DNA of 64,000 bases from Octopus bimaculoides (lineage: Eukaryota), in the NCBI RefSeq assembly GCF_001194135.2, contig NC_068985.1, positions 1,378,815-1,442,814 of the forward strand. The letters run 5' to 3'. This document shows, piece by piece, positions 13,244-26,695 of the stretch. A program made the position numbers and the translations under genes. Numbering within the stretch: position 1 is the first letter of the stretch; each line of letters begins with the position of its first letter. The notes beneath the pieces are model-generated. The model did no database searches and was not told where the DNA came from. It saw only the letters and a program-made list of their open reading frames with translations.

Positions 13244-15318
13244 ATAAAGTGTGAAGTTTGTATAATTTATCGAATGGCATTTTTTAAAAAATATGAAGTA
13301 ATATGGGAAAATGGTGCTTGTTTGAAATATGAATCAAAAGTTACTAGGAAAGTATATCTTATGAATGGAATGTTGTCAAATGCTAAAGAATATCCAGTGT
13401 TGATAGAGTATTCAGAAAACAGGTCAAACATTTTTAACTGTAATAAACATGTTTGTCTCATATTCTCTCAAAGAAAATTTCTGAATTTCAAACTTCCCTG
13501 TTTTGAAATTATCTGAAAGGCTGCAGCATAAAATTCACCAAAAAAAAAAAAAAAAAGGAAAGAAACTTAAGATTATTTGAGAATGCTGAGTGAAACAGAA
13601 ATAACTCTGCCAATTTTCATTATGACAAATGTCGTTCATTGTATAACTATTTTAAAGATAATTAACATTGGGTAATTTACAATATAATACAACATGTTTA
13701 AACTTATTAGATTGCATAAGTTCAGGCATACCATTTGCATATTGCCCATTCTCTATTTTGAATTGTGCTAGAAAACTTCCTGTTTTTGTTAGAATTCCTC
13801 TTTTAAGGATTCCATATATTCTTTGGATACTGTTTTTTTTAACTTCGAACAAATCAGATAAGTAGAAATAGAAATACCTACACATTACAAATTTCTGCAA
13901 TAATATTCTGTTTCTTTCGTTTTGTTTTGCTTTTTTTTGCTATAAATCCATATACAAATTTTTATAGAACAGAAAGAACTCTTTCAATACATTATGGATT
14001 TTCTTTTAACTGCAATGATCTCTTCTTTCTTACTGTATAAGCAATTTGTAAGTACCGCTGGTATTACCTCATTTCAGATAAAATAAAATCAATGTGTGCA
14101 TACATACACACACACATGCACATGCATGCACACACACCTGCACACACACATTCACAGACACACATGTGCATGTGCACACACACACACACCTCACTCACAC
14201 ATGCACTTGCACACACAGGCACACACATTCACAGACACACGTGCACATGTGCACACATACACACACACGCACACAAATACACACATACAAATAACTTAGT
14301 TGTTGTCATAAGTCTGTTAGTTCAACATGTATTTTGGTGTTGAAAAATATCAAACAATTCTTTAACAAATAAAATAACCTTAAAAATGGAGAAAAATCAT
14401 TGGTTAATAGAAGTTGGTGAAAGTATCTGAAATAAAGTTTCACATTTCCACATTTCTTTTGTTGAGGCAGATTTTTTAGAATCTAAACCAGAAACAAAAT
14501 AGGATAACATTGATTTGAAAATGAAGCCTTTAAAATAATGTTTTTTCTCCATATTTTGCAGGAAGAAAAAAAAACTGAAATCTTTATACTGAATTCAGCA
14601 GAAGTGTATTGTCAATGTTGTCAGAGAATATCAAAATCCAGAAGCATCGTTATTTAAAATTTACTTTCAAAAGTAAAATTTATAAAATATGATTTTAAAA
14701 AGAAAGTGATAATTTTTTCCTATTTTTTACCTTTCATTTCCATATGAATTTATTTTTTAAACTTTTCTATTTGTCAAACAAACAAGTTAGACATCTTCCA
14801 TTTATTTTTTGCCTTATATTATTTACACATATATATGTGTGTGTGTGTGCAAGTGCATATGTACATGTATATGTATATATGTGTATACACACAAACACAC
14901 ACACACACATAATATGAAAATCCATTTTTCTGAGCTACAAATTCACCAAAGTCTGAAATTTCTTTGAAATGTTATATAATCTGCATATATTGCCAAGTTT
15001 ATATCTCTTTTATACAATATTATCAAAAGAAGAATAACTAAATTAATTTGTAAGATATTAATTTCTGAAATAGTTGCAAGGCCACTTGTTTTGGGGGGAA
15101 AGGGTTCAGGAGGTTTAATTAACCCCAGTAGAATGGATGGTAATGTTGACCGCAGCAAGATTTAAGCTTTGAACAGAAACAAACACAACAGCAAAATGAT
15201 TTCTCCAATATGCTGTATTCTGACAAATCACTCTCTTTTTTTAATTTACAAAATATCTACCCTTTTAGCAATCATGTTACTCTGACAAATAATTATTTAT
15301 TCATTTTGTTTTGAATTA

Positions 15319-15653
15319 TCGTATTCGATGGTCTATAAGATGCACCTTTTTACGCAAAAGGGGCTTAAAAATCCCCCTGCGTCCTATGCACTCAATGTAG
15401 GCTCAAAACGCACTCAAAATGGTATGTATGTTTACAAAATGTGTGCTGCCATCTATTGGTGAACAACCGCCTATGGCATGTTTATATCAAATGTAGATGC
15501 AATAAATTGCTTATAATTGCCAGTAATAACAAAGTTATACAGGTAAGTGGAAGAATTAAAACATTATTTTAGTGGTAATTTATTTTACAAAAGTATAGCC
15601 TAGGCTCAGGTGCATTCTATGCACTTATGTGTCTTATAGGCCATCAAATACGG
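15319..15653. mobile_element. Tc2/pogo-like MITE
   Basis: TIRs TCGTATTCGATGGTCTATAAGA / TCTTATAGGCCATCAAATACGG flanked by TA on both sides. A CCGTA terminus is typical of Tc2-group elements. Confidence 0.8.
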
Positions 15654-15905
15654 TAATCATTCATTATCTTGTAGCTTCTTGAGCCTTATGATGTGATTGC
15701 TTATTTTTAGGGGGACATTGTAAGGTAAGTGCAAGAGACTGGATCTGGCTGGTTTTAACGTATAACAGGTAAAATCTTTAGTTTGGATATGGCTTATTTG
15801 AATGCTAAAGGGTTAAATTTAGACACTTAATCCCTCTTCCTAGTATTTATCCCCCTGAAGGTATGTTCCAAACTAGACTTGGAGTCCTTTATCCAAAACT
15901 ATAGA

Positions 15906-16476
15906 GGTAATATTTATTTCCCCACTCAAACGTGGATGTTCTGTTAGAACAAACTATACTGCAGTAGTTTCCACGAGAGAAAATCTCATATTGGCTTTTG
16001 GTGCAAAATGTTTGCCTATTGATATAAACGAGAGGGTATGTGGCACCAAAAGCCAATATGAGAGTTTCTTTCATGCAATGAAATTTCTTCTACCAGAACA
16101 TTCACATTTAAATGGGGTTAAATATTACCAGTTGGTATTAATACTGCTTCTGTGGCTAATATATACTTCTAACAGGCTCACTGGCTAATTGCAACGAGGG
16201 TGCCTGTTGTGACACCGATTTTATATATATCACTGGTGGTGAGAGGAGCCAATGCTACTTCTAGCAGTCGAACGTCCATCACTGATGAGATTAAGGAAGG
16301 TTGAAATTGCATGACCTGGTGGTCTTGGTGCTGATGGGGATTTGTCTTCCTGCTAATCATATAAACAAGCATGCATTTTGCACCAAAAGCTCAGATCAAA
16401 GTTTCTCCCATGGTATCTAGTGCAGTAAAATCATTTCTAACAGAACATCCACGTTTAAATGGGGATAAATATTACC
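15906..16476. mobile_element. Long-TIR foldback/MITE with an extra internal copy of the right arm
   Basis: Left arm 15906-16030 is inverted at about 16350-16476 and also at 16043-16129, including the perfect 21-bp IR TCTCATATTGGCTTTTGGTGC. Confidence 0.75.
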
Positions 16477-16506
16477 CCTCAGTATTACTGCTGCACCTGT
16501 AGCCCA

Positions 16507-16705
16507 CCGGTCGAAATGCTTAGCGGTATTTTGTCTGCCGTTATGTTCTGAGTTCAAATTCCGCTAAGGTCAACTTTGCCTTTCATCCTTTTGGGGGTCA
16601 ATCAAATAAGTACCAGTTATACACTGGGGTCAAGGTAATCGAATTAATCCCTTTGTCTTTCCTTGTTTGTCCCCTCTATGTTTAGCCCCTGTGGGCAATA
16701 AAGAC
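16507..16705 (+). mobile_element. SINE family C copy
   Basis: B-box-like GAGTTCAAATTCC followed by GCCTTTCATCCTTTTGGGGGTC...TAAGTACCAG. Confidence 0.8.
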
Positions 16706-16739
16706 ATATATATACTTTACAAGAGTACAGAGACAAAAG

Positions 16740-18650
16740 ATGGCATTGATTGTGATAGAACTGCCTTGCTAGGTTCCAAACTGCAAAGCTCACTGACTTC
16801 TCTTGGTTAATGTGGGATCTTGTGAACTGCTACTCTCCCAGAGTACTGCCAACCATCTCAACTACCACCTCTATTTCCATCTTATTTGATATTATGATGG
16901 TGATATTGTCTATGTATGCAGATACAAAATTCCTGTTATTTAGTTCAAGCAAGCAATCCCTCGATGTCTTTAACCTCTGCAGACCTCTGGTCTTTTTTTT
17001 ACTGCAAATGTTATATTTGGGTGGTTTTCCATCCATGAAGACCATACACATCAGCTCCAACTCTTTGGAATAAAAACAATCAAGTGAATCAAGATTTCCT
17101 GATGCAACCGGTAACTAAAATACCAGTGCCATTCCTATTCAAACTTGGTACTATTATTTCTCCATCTTGTTTTACCATTTTCATCATTCTGTTGTGGTTC
17201 CTGTAGGTTAGCACTCTACTGATCTTGGTTTTGGTCACTTGGTATCCTGCCATGAAGGATATGAGGAAATTCTAGCATATTCATGGATTCCTGGCTGTTG
17301 TTAATGCTTCCTGCTAATTGCTGTTGCAGATGGTTGGCACCATCCTGAGTTGTTTCCCTTCGAACACAGCCAAGGACCCACAGTTCTTCCAACTACTCTG
17401 CAGTCTGCATTGTGAACCCCAGCATCTGCTTCCTGTAATTTGTGTGTCTGTTTATTTTGGGGATTCTGTTTACCTCCTCCCTATCAAGGGTCTGTTATCA
17501 TCCCAAGGCATGCAATATTGCCTTAATGTCGTCTGCTTTTATCATGAGTATGTACCCTGTTTGCTCACTCATGGTGTCAGTAAAGGATATATTCATCTTT
17601 GTTGTTTTATCGTTATTGCTCTTGTTTTCGTTGCTTTTGTTCTTACTGGAATTCTGTTGTTTTTATTGTGGTAGTCATTATTGATATCGGTGTGGTTCCA
17701 CTCTGTACGGATACACCAGTGCAGTAATAATAACAAAGTCTATTGTTGCCTACTGAACAATCTATCTAGGTAAGATGTGGATGATCCACTGGCATTGCTC
17801 CACGTCTATACAGGTACATTCAGGAAATGCAACTAGTACCTGTTGGTCAACTGAAAATGTTTGAGTAGGTTTTCAAGGACTTTGTACCCTCCTCCTATGG
17901 ATCGATGTGCACATTCCCATCGTGCATCTGAAATAAAATTCCAACGTCCACTAGTATCAAAGAGTAGAAGGCTTCCAATGAGGTTTCTTGGTGTCTAATG
18001 TCACCTAGCTGTCCTGCACTTGTAAAGACATGCACAACCACTTATCTGAGGGTACTATTTTCATTGTTGTTCAATCCACTACCATCACTGGACTCCAAAA
18101 ACATCGTCTGTACCTCCAGCCCTAATTCCTGCAGGAATAGCAATGTCACACAGCCACCAGATCTAATAGATTACAAGTGAGTATGTTTTGTAGTCATCAA
18201 AAATGGGACTGGGTGCATATATTCCAGAAATTTTGGCTTTGGTGATGCTATCAAATCTATGTCTAGTGACCCGTGATAGTTGAACAAGTGACTTTGCTTC
18301 CAAGCTAACCCAAGATCATGTATTTGTACATTTACATATCCTTTCCTAAACAAAGCTTTTTCATCAGAGAAAACAGAAATGGTTACTACAAAAGGGGCCA
18401 GTAGTTTAGTTCCTTCTTCAGAAGCATGTCCCTTAAAAGGTACTTCTGATGATTTTATTTTTGTTTTTGCCTACCTTTTTTCTGAACATGCCTACACTTC
18501 CTAGGAATTTGGTCACCAGAGTATTGTATACATCTGCTGAGGTTTTTATTAATGAATTTCTATTTGGATATCTAGAGAATGAGTTCCTCACTTCCACCCC
18601 TCCATCCCACTTGTGATATAACTGTTCTGTTATGCAGTCCATCATCGTCT
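16740..18650 (-). mobile_element. Highly degraded Tx1/L1-type LINE (RT remnant, possible endonuclease remnant)
   Basis: Minus strand FVSAYIDNITII...EIEVV...INQEKSV resembles the RT motif SAYADD...KINxEKS. The upstream extent is uncertain. Confidence 0.5.
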
Positions 18651-20758
18651 GTGTTTTTGCTTATAATAGTGAAGTTGATGCTGTTTTTCTTCGTGTGTGT
18701 TTGGCTGTAACAGCAACAGCAACATAATAATAATAATAATAATAATAATCTCAAATTGTGTCTGTCTGCTAGTGATGTGTGTGGGATGGTAGTGAGGATG
18801 AGAGGTTAGGTGGCTGCAGTGTCAGTGATGATGATGATGACGATGATGATGATGCAGGAAATGTTGTTCTTAGAAAATGCTAACCTTGACTCCACTCTTT
18901 AAACTCTGTCCTGACCTCCTGTCTCTCCTACATTACCACTCATTGATTCTTTCCCTCTCATATCTTCACCTCTCTTACCAAGTCTCTCATTATGTCTCCA
19001 CTTCTGTGTCTTTCTTTTCACTTGCCACCTTCAACACCCTCCACCCCCACTCCCACCTTTCCCAACAGTTCTTTTGTTTTTATTTTTACAAATACCACCT
19101 GCATGCTTGAACAGAATACTATTCCAGTAGAGAAGAGATTAATAGATGCGAGGGGCTGAGGGGCAAAAGATAGAATGAAACTGTGAATGTTTATTATGCT
19201 GAGGTGTGTTGTGTGTGTGTGTGTGTGTTTGTGAGGGAACATGTGCTTGGAACTTTGGTGAAGAGAGACATGGAAAAGGGAGAGAGAGTGTGCACTTGCA
19301 TGTGTGTGTGTGTGAGTGTGTGTGTGTGTGTGTGTGTTTGGGATGTGTGATTTCTATGTGTATGTCCAAAACCATACCTTTAGAGAGTAAGAGATAGTGT
19401 TCTACCAAAAGTAAACAAGAATTGTGGAGAAAAGAGCAATAGTGTGACTGTATGTGTGCTAGAGAAAGACAGATGCTTCTGAGAGAGAGAGAGAGGGGGG
19501 ATAGAGAGGGTGTATGTATGTGAGAATGGGTTTTCTTAAAGTAAGCGAGCAAAAGAAAACAGTAAATGATGGAGATATAGAGAGAGGTGGGGGGGAGGGT
19601 AATGTGAAATAAAAGAGCAAGAGGAAAATGAAGATGTAAGAAAGGAAACAGTATAGATTGTGTGTGTAGTGAGAGAGGTAAAGTTTGTGCTGCTTCCTCT
19701 TAAAAATTATGCCATGATACATAATAGATGAAGTGTCATGGCCACTGGAAAAAAAAAGGAAGAGAGGAAAAATGATGCCTGAGGTGCCAGGCTTTTCTCC
19801 TATCTTTAGCTACCCCAGTGTATATAGGTGTGTTTATGTATAAATGTTTAAAATCAATATGCCTTTAAGAAAAGAATTTACCAACGTTTTAGATTGTGCT
19901 GTTTGGAAAAGAAAAAGAGAATGGGGTTTTTTTTACCCCTCCATCACCAATCGATGGATGACTTTAGTGTATGTATGTATGCATGCATTTATGTATGCAT
20001 TTATGTATGTATGTGTGTGTGTATCCATGTATGCATATATGTATTGCATATGGTATGTATTCATGTTTATTTTTTAAACCTATGAAATCTTCCTATTAAG
20101 TAGTCACTAGTTTCTAACTTTTCAACAAACGAAGTTGGTTCTAAGCAGCAGTAAAATCTTCCATATTGAATTTTAAAAATGTCTTGCATATTTCCTTTGT
20201 TCCAATTACAAGTCCAGTTTCCAGAACACAGGTTCACTCTTACCTTGCCTGAAAGCTCCAGATTTTCCAGACTATTATTTTTTTAAAAATCTTTATAACA
20301 TTATTATGCCAGTAATTTCTGGTATAAATGCAAAGATATAATCTAGATTAAGAATATATTGATTTCAAAGTTAATTATGAAATTTTTCTTTCTTATTAAC
20401 ATTTAATGAAATGTTCATAGCTATAGTTTATTCTGTGTCTCCAACCAAAATATTGTATTTGGTGTGCTTGAAGTTAATTGAAGATGCTATTGGAATGTTC
20501 CCCTATTATACGATGCATTGAATCATTGGAATATTCTGCACAAAAATATTACTGCCAGTTTCACTTATGAATAATTAACTGGGTGTTACCATTCATCAGG
20601 AAGTGAAACAAAAAAACTTTGAAATTACAGGAGATACATCAACTTAAATATTCTGGTCAAGAAAGGCAACGAGGACAAAGTCAAAATTATGATTGTGTGT
20701 TTGTGTGTGTGTGCGTGTGCGTGTGTGCGTGCGCATGTGCATGCGTGCGTGTGTGTGT

Positions 20759-21012
20759 GTGGCACGCAAAAAGCACCGTTCAAGTGAGGTCGATGCCAGC
20801 ACCACTTGACTGGCCCCCATGCCAGTGGCATGTAAAAAGCAACCACTACACTCTGGTTGGCGTTAAGAAGGGCATCCACCTGTAGAAACTTTGCCAGATC
20901 AGATTGGAGCCTGGTGCAGCCTCCTAGCTTGTTAATCCTCCCAGTCCTCAGTCAAACCGTCCAGCCCATGCCAGCATGGAAAGCAAATGTTAAACGATGA
21001 TGATGATGATGA
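20759..21012 (+). mobile_element. SINE family A copy (ends GCATGGAAAGC..GTTAAACGATGATGAT)
   Basis: Matches copies at 41200, 44435, 57375 and 63770. Confidence 0.85.
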
Positions 21013-21212
21013 AGATACCTGGCACCTTACTGTACTCCAGAAGATCCATCCTCCACAGCAGAAGTGCTACGGCCACATCCCCTGGTGAAAAGAATTGTTT
21101 TGCAACTCACAACCTCACAATTGTAAGCTCGACACTCTAACCACTGAGCCATGTGCCTTCACTATATATGCAATGGTTTTTGGTAAGCAGTGTCAACTTT
21201 TACAATTCTGTA

Positions 21213-21440
21213 AATAATATTTTATAAGTTTAAAGCTTATAAGAAATCACCATAAAATGAGTAAAGAAAATAGTCTAATATTGAGGCATATAAACCCTCG
21301 ACGGAAAAAAATAGGGTTTCTGTATGCATCTGATGGAAACCCTATTATTTTCTTTTGAGGTCTTATACACACTAGTATTAAACGATTTCCTTTAGTTATC
21401 ACACGTTGATTGCTTATAATTAAGCTTATAAAATATTATT
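21213..21440. repeat. Old foldback (about 100-bp diverged inverted arms)
   Basis: AATATTTTATAAG...AATAGGGTTTC vs GAAACCCTATT...CTTATAAAATATT. Confidence 0.65.
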
Positions 21441-21568
21441 ATTATTATTATCATTTATAGAAAATATATGTAGGAATATGAGAAGGACAAACACATATAG
21501 TCAACTGAACCTAAAACCAGCAACACTAACTCTAAAGAAGTGGCATTCTTAGATACCAATATGCACAT

Positions 21569-21604
<36 letters not shown>

Positions 21605-22525
21605 TTAATCCAAATTGAGGGAATGGACCAGGTAAAATTCAGGTTACATATGTTTCCTAGGTAACAGAACCTCGGAAGTAATAATTACTCAATAATTACT
21701 CGTAAGTAATAATTACTACACATCAGGCCAAGTGAAAAAACAAATTAGAAAAACATATATATGAAGAAATAAAAAGGTCAATGAAAGAAAAGAAGGTTAT
21801 ATTAAGTGTGATCTCTGCATCACAGAAGTGTTATCTATTATGCAATACAGCGATTGTCTAAATGAATTGAATAACCTAATTCTTAACTGTAAATGCAAAT
21901 AATAGCCACCTCCCCGATTATTCCCTAACCATTCTTTTTGCATTCCCACCCCAATTGAATCTCTAATATGTATTTATAATGTACAACTTTTGTCACTAGC
22001 TTTATGTTTTTTTAACCTTGTGATCTCCCTACATTTTCCACTCTGCACATGAGAGAACATGCAGGTGAGTACTCATGCATGCACACCTATAGAATACTAT
22101 ACAGGTACAAAGAAAGTATGCACATGTACATGGATGTGTGAATATATAGTTTTACTGTTAAGCAATAAGTTACCAGTATACTTCCGACTGTTATGTTCCC
22201 CTAATCACTGGTAACTTTATCTTCCATCTCCCTCTCTTCCTTCTCCTTCATCTCTTCTCTCCTAGCAAATCCACCTTATTCTCACTCCTAAATATTTGAC
22301 CTCTTCTTTTCCTCTTCTCATTCTTGACAATTGCATTTCTAAAAATTCTTTACTTTTGATTCTGTATGAATGTATATACTTGGTTACAACAATATATTTA
22401 TTTGCCATTGACATAGTCAAATGACTCCAGCTTAATATTTACAATGACCTTTCCCTCAGTCAGCATCAATCATATATATATCATCATCATCGTTTAACTG
22501 GCATGCATTGTATGGTTTGACTGAG

Positions 22526-22572
<47 letters not shown>

Positions 22573-22604
22573 CAAAATAAGCAACAAGGATATCCAGAGG
22601 TAAT

Positions 22605-22689
22605 GCAGTACGATCATTTCGTGCAACTCCATTTAATTGAACAAAGCAATCATTACATCAATTTAAAATGCAGAGCAATCCTCAGCTTC
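22605..22689 (-). ncRNA. Hammerhead motif in the left IR arm
   Basis: Minus strand GAAG-CTGAGGA-TTGC...GCAC-GAAAT-GATC-GTA-CTGC; one stem I mismatch and a C-to-T change at 15.2. Confidence 0.7.
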
Positions 22690-23313
22690 ACAAAGACATA
22701 GAATTTAATTAAATTAGAACAGATGGACACATTGGTATAATTATACCTAAAATCTCCAAGAGGTTAAAGAGATAGACAAAGAACGTGCTGTCTTCACTTC
22801 AGCATAGAAGTTACTAAGTTATCAAGAAGATACCTGTCACTGATTTTTTTTGGGAGAGGGGGGGACAGTCTTAATTTATAAGCTAATTTATCAAATTCTT
22901 TTATAAGACTTCCCCTGTCTCATCATCAATGGTCTGCTAGTGGGCAAACCCCTTAATCGTCAGCTAACATCTTGTTTTAAGTTTTCCTTTACCAAACCTC
23001 ATGATATTGCTTCTTCTAACAAATCTTGATTTTTATGACTATACCAACTAAGATTTCTGTCTGCTCCCTTGGCCCTGCCCCTAACAGATACTGCCTTTTA
23101 TTCTCTTGGCCTTATACATACAAGGATTTGATAAACTAGTTTATAAATTAAAACTGACCGTAACATTGTATAACTTCTTGATAACTTAGTAACTTCTATG
23201 CTGGAGTGAAGACAGCATATTCTTTGTCTATCTTCTTAACTTCTTGGAGATTTTAGGTATAATTATATTAATTTGTCCATCTGTTCTGACTTAATTAAAT
23301 TCTATGTTTTTAT

Positions 23314-23398
23314 GCAGCTGAGGATTGCTCTGCATTTTAAATTGATGTAATGATTGCATTGTTCAATTAAATAGAGTTGCATGAAACGATCGTACGGC
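23314..23398 (+). ncRNA. Hammerhead motif in the right IR arm
   Basis: GCAG-CTGAGGA-TTGC...GCAT-GAAAC-GATC-GTA-CGGC; palindromic stem III ACGATCGT; long AT-rich stem II. Confidence 0.75.
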
Positions 23399-23745
23399 AT
23401 TACCTCTGGATATCCTTGCTGCTTATTTTGATTTTAATCACCTTACTTTGAAATTGTATGGATATTACTGTACTAAATTCTCGTGCCTAAACTTAAGTAC
23501 CATATTCATCTGAATATACATATATATATATAATACAAATAATATGTGAGTATATGCATATATACATATATACGTACATCTATGTACATACCTACATCTA
23601 CATGTATATATAGATGCATAGAGAACATTTCCTTCATCAGCTGCCACCATTCTAAAACTATATACATATATATATACATACATATAGATAAATATATACA
23701 GCAGTACCTCAGTTAACACACGTCTCTGATCCCAAATAAATTGTG

Positions 23746-23779
<34 letters not shown>

Positions 23780-23839
23780 CATGATTTATTTGTGATCAGA
23801 GCTGTTCAAAAACTGAGGTACTACTGTATACATATAGAT

Positions 23840-23876
<37 letters not shown>

Positions 23877-23878
23877 CC

Positions 23879-23914
<36 letters not shown>

Positions 23915-24775
23915 NNNNNNNNNNNNNNNNNNNNNNNNNNNNNNNNNNNNNNNNNNNNNNNNNNNNNNNNNNNNNNNNNNNNNNNNNNNNNNNNNNNNNN
24001 NNNNNNNNNNNNNNNNNNNNNNNNNNNNNNNNNNNNNNNNNNNNNNNNNNNNNNNNNNNNNNNNNNNNNNNNNNNNNNNNNNNNNNNNNNNNNNNNNNNN
24101 NNNNNNNNNNNNNNNNNNNNNNNNNNNNNNNNNNNNNNNNNNNNNNNNNNNNNNNNNNNNNNNNNNNNNNNNNNNNNNNNNNNNNNNNNNNNNNNNNNNN
24201 NNNNNNNNNNNNNNNNNNNNNNNNNNNNNNNNNNNNNNNNNNNNNNNNNNNNNNNNNNNNNNNNNNNNNNNNNNNNNNNNNNNNNNNNNNNNNNNNNNNN
24301 NNNNNNNNNNNNNNNNNNNNNNNNNNNNNNNNNNNNNNNNNNNNNNNNNNNNNNNNNNNNNNNNNNNNNNNNNNNNNNNNNNNNNNNNNNNNNNNNNNNN
24401 NNNNNNNNNNNNNNNNNNNNNNNNNNNNNNNNNNNNNNNNNNNNNNNNNNNNNNNNNNNNNNNNNNNNNNNNNNNNNNNNNNNNNNNNNNNNNNNNNNNN
24501 NNNNNNNNNNNNNNNNNNNNNNNNNNNNNNNNNNNNNNNNNNNNNNNNNNNNNNNNNNNNNNNNNNNNNNNNNNNNNNNNNNNNNNNNNNNNNNNNNNNN
24601 NNNNNNNNNNNNNNNNNNNNNNNNNNNNNNNNNNNNNNNNNNNNNNNNNNNNNNNNNNNNNNNNNNNNNNNNNNNNNNNNNNNNNNNNNNNNNNNNNNNN
24701 NNNNNNNNNNNNNNNNNNNNNNNNNNNNNNNNNNNNNNNNNNNNNNNNNNNNNNNNNNNNNNNNNNNNNNNNNNN
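23915..24775. other. Assembly gap; other gaps at 1973-1982, 25497-25511, 30711-31159, 39811-40360, 50307-50756 and 58736-58745
   Basis: N runs, nearly all bounded by (TA)n or (GT)n microsatellites. Confidence 1.
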
Positions 24776-24808
<33 letters not shown>

Positions 24809-25269
24809 ATAGTTAAGGGATCAGCAATAGTTGCTTCACCACGTGTGTATGTGTGTATATCTATATGTGTGTGTGTGTGTGTGTGTGCATGTGTGTTCCC
24901 CAACACCACTTGACAACTGCTGTTGGTGTGTTTGCATCCCTGCAACTTAGCGATTTGACAAGAGAGACTAATAGAATAAGTACCAGGCTTAAAGATAAAT
25001 ACTAAAAGCTCAAGGTCATGCTGCCCCAGCATGGTCGCTGTTTAATGACTGAAACAAATAAAAGATAAAGTTTCCTCACATGAAGTATCATCGTCATCAT
25101 TGTCATCATCTTCACTTAACGATGATGATGTCTTTATCGATGACATATGTCTTTATTTATTTCGAAATGTCTAACAGTCTCATGTGATATGCTTGAATAT
25201 TGTAAAAAAATCTCTCTTCAGAGACGAGATCTTACATTTGAGCTTTAACATCTCAAATCTAAGATCTTT

Positions 25270-25360
25270 TCCCTGAAGATGGAGGCTCATCTCATCCTAT
25301 GATGGAATCAATCCACAAACTTTATTATGGACCATCGAGCCTCCAGAAACAGCTGTTGGA
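25270..25360 (+). ncRNA. Hammerhead motif (PLE-type), perfect 9-bp stem II
   Basis: TCC-CTGAAGA-TGGAGGCTC...GAGCCTCCA-GAAAC-AGCT-GTT-GGA; a second family copy is at 57052-57140 on the minus strand. Confidence 0.8.
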
Positions 25361-25511
25361 TTTGTAATACTTTTCCCCCCACTCCTTTAATTCTCCATTT
25401 CATTTGTATTCTGTGTAAGTCAGACATTTTGATATCCATGCATATATACATTTTTTGTATTTCATGTATTTAATATACTTTATATATTGATCTGTCNNNN
25501 NNNNNNNNNNN

Positions 25512-25562
<51 letters not shown>

Positions 25563-26484
25563 TATAAATATATATAGTCTCTCTTTCATACAAGGAAGGA
25601 GAAACATAAACTAAATAAGGAAGAACTTTATTCTCGGAAAGTAATATATTTGTTATTTATTTATAGAAAAGCTTACTAATTTGTTTTATATCGATCTTTT
25701 GAAAATACATTTGAAGTTATTTATATATATATTCAGTATTTGAGAGAAGAAAGCAAGAATGAATGAAAGAATGAGAGAAAATGAAGTGAAGTTAGAAAAA
25801 TACTGAGTAATGTGTGAAATTAAATTTTTATTAGGATAGCGTCTAAAGGCAAATAGACTGGATATAGATTTGAAATTGATAAAAAAATGAACAACCTTTG
25901 TTGATTGATAAGAGTGATGACTTGTATTAATGATTTAACTACTAATGCTTATAAACTATAGGTGTGTAATAGATTTGAAAGAGATTAAGGTTAAGTGAAA
26001 ATCAAGAATAAGTTTTAAAATGTGTTACTGTAAATAGCTTAATTGTAGTTAAAAACAAACTTTTGTTGAAAAAAAGGAAGCTGGAAAATTATACACATTG
26101 GAATTGGACGGGGATTGGTTTTTAGATGTTACTAAATTTGTTTAGCCTATCTTGGTTTTGGTAAAAAAAAAAAAGGAACTGGTTGGGGTAAAGGAATATA
26201 TGATAGTATTTATTTAACGTGAATATATTAAACATTAAAGTGCAATGATAAAGTGTAAAAGGAAATATGCATGCTCAGAGAAAGAAATAGCCTGTGAAAG
26301 ATGGGTGCAAAATGAGAAATATGACGAGTAAAGAGTAAATAAGGAACATACATAGCTCTGTGTGTAGATCTAAAAACTACACTGTAGATAAAACTGCAAG
26401 TATATGTCAAACTCTTTTGATAATTGAAGTTAGGTGGCACAAGGCAAGAAATATATGCCTTCAATATATACACAGAAAAAGTCA

Positions 26485-26695
26485 GCAAGCTGGCAGAAAT
26501 GTTAGCAAGCTGGGCAAAATGCTTTGTGGTATTTTGTCTGTCTTTATGTTCCGAGTTCAAATTTCACCGAGGTCGACTTTGCCTTTCATCTTTTCAGGGT
26601 CAATAAATTGAGTACCAGTTGCATACTGGGGTCGATCTAATCGACTGGCCCCACTCCCCCAAAATTTTGGGCCTTCTGCCTAGAGTACAAGAGAA
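26485..26695 (+). mobile_element. SINE family C copy
   Basis: GCTGGCAGAAATGTTAGC...CGAGTTCAAATT...GTCGACTTTGCCTTTCATC. Confidence 0.85.

Larger units (their letters stand above)
22567..23436. repeat. 263-bp inverted repeat pair (22567-22829 / 23174-23436), each arm carrying a hammerhead motif
   Basis: The arms align end to end with scattered substitutions; the left arm abuts (TA)n. Confidence 0.95.

Noticed and set aside
13652-13900. Protein-like minus-strand ORF with a GTATGC donor
   Set aside because: No recognisable domain and no convincing acceptor
20244-20318. 75-nt minus-strand exon-like segment with good splice sites
   Set aside because: The only open frame is an AT-rich, unrecognisable peptide; expected by chance
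20540-20600. Minus-strand CTGATGA...GAAACTGGCAGTA
   Set aside because: Stem I and stem II do not pair, so not a hammerhead
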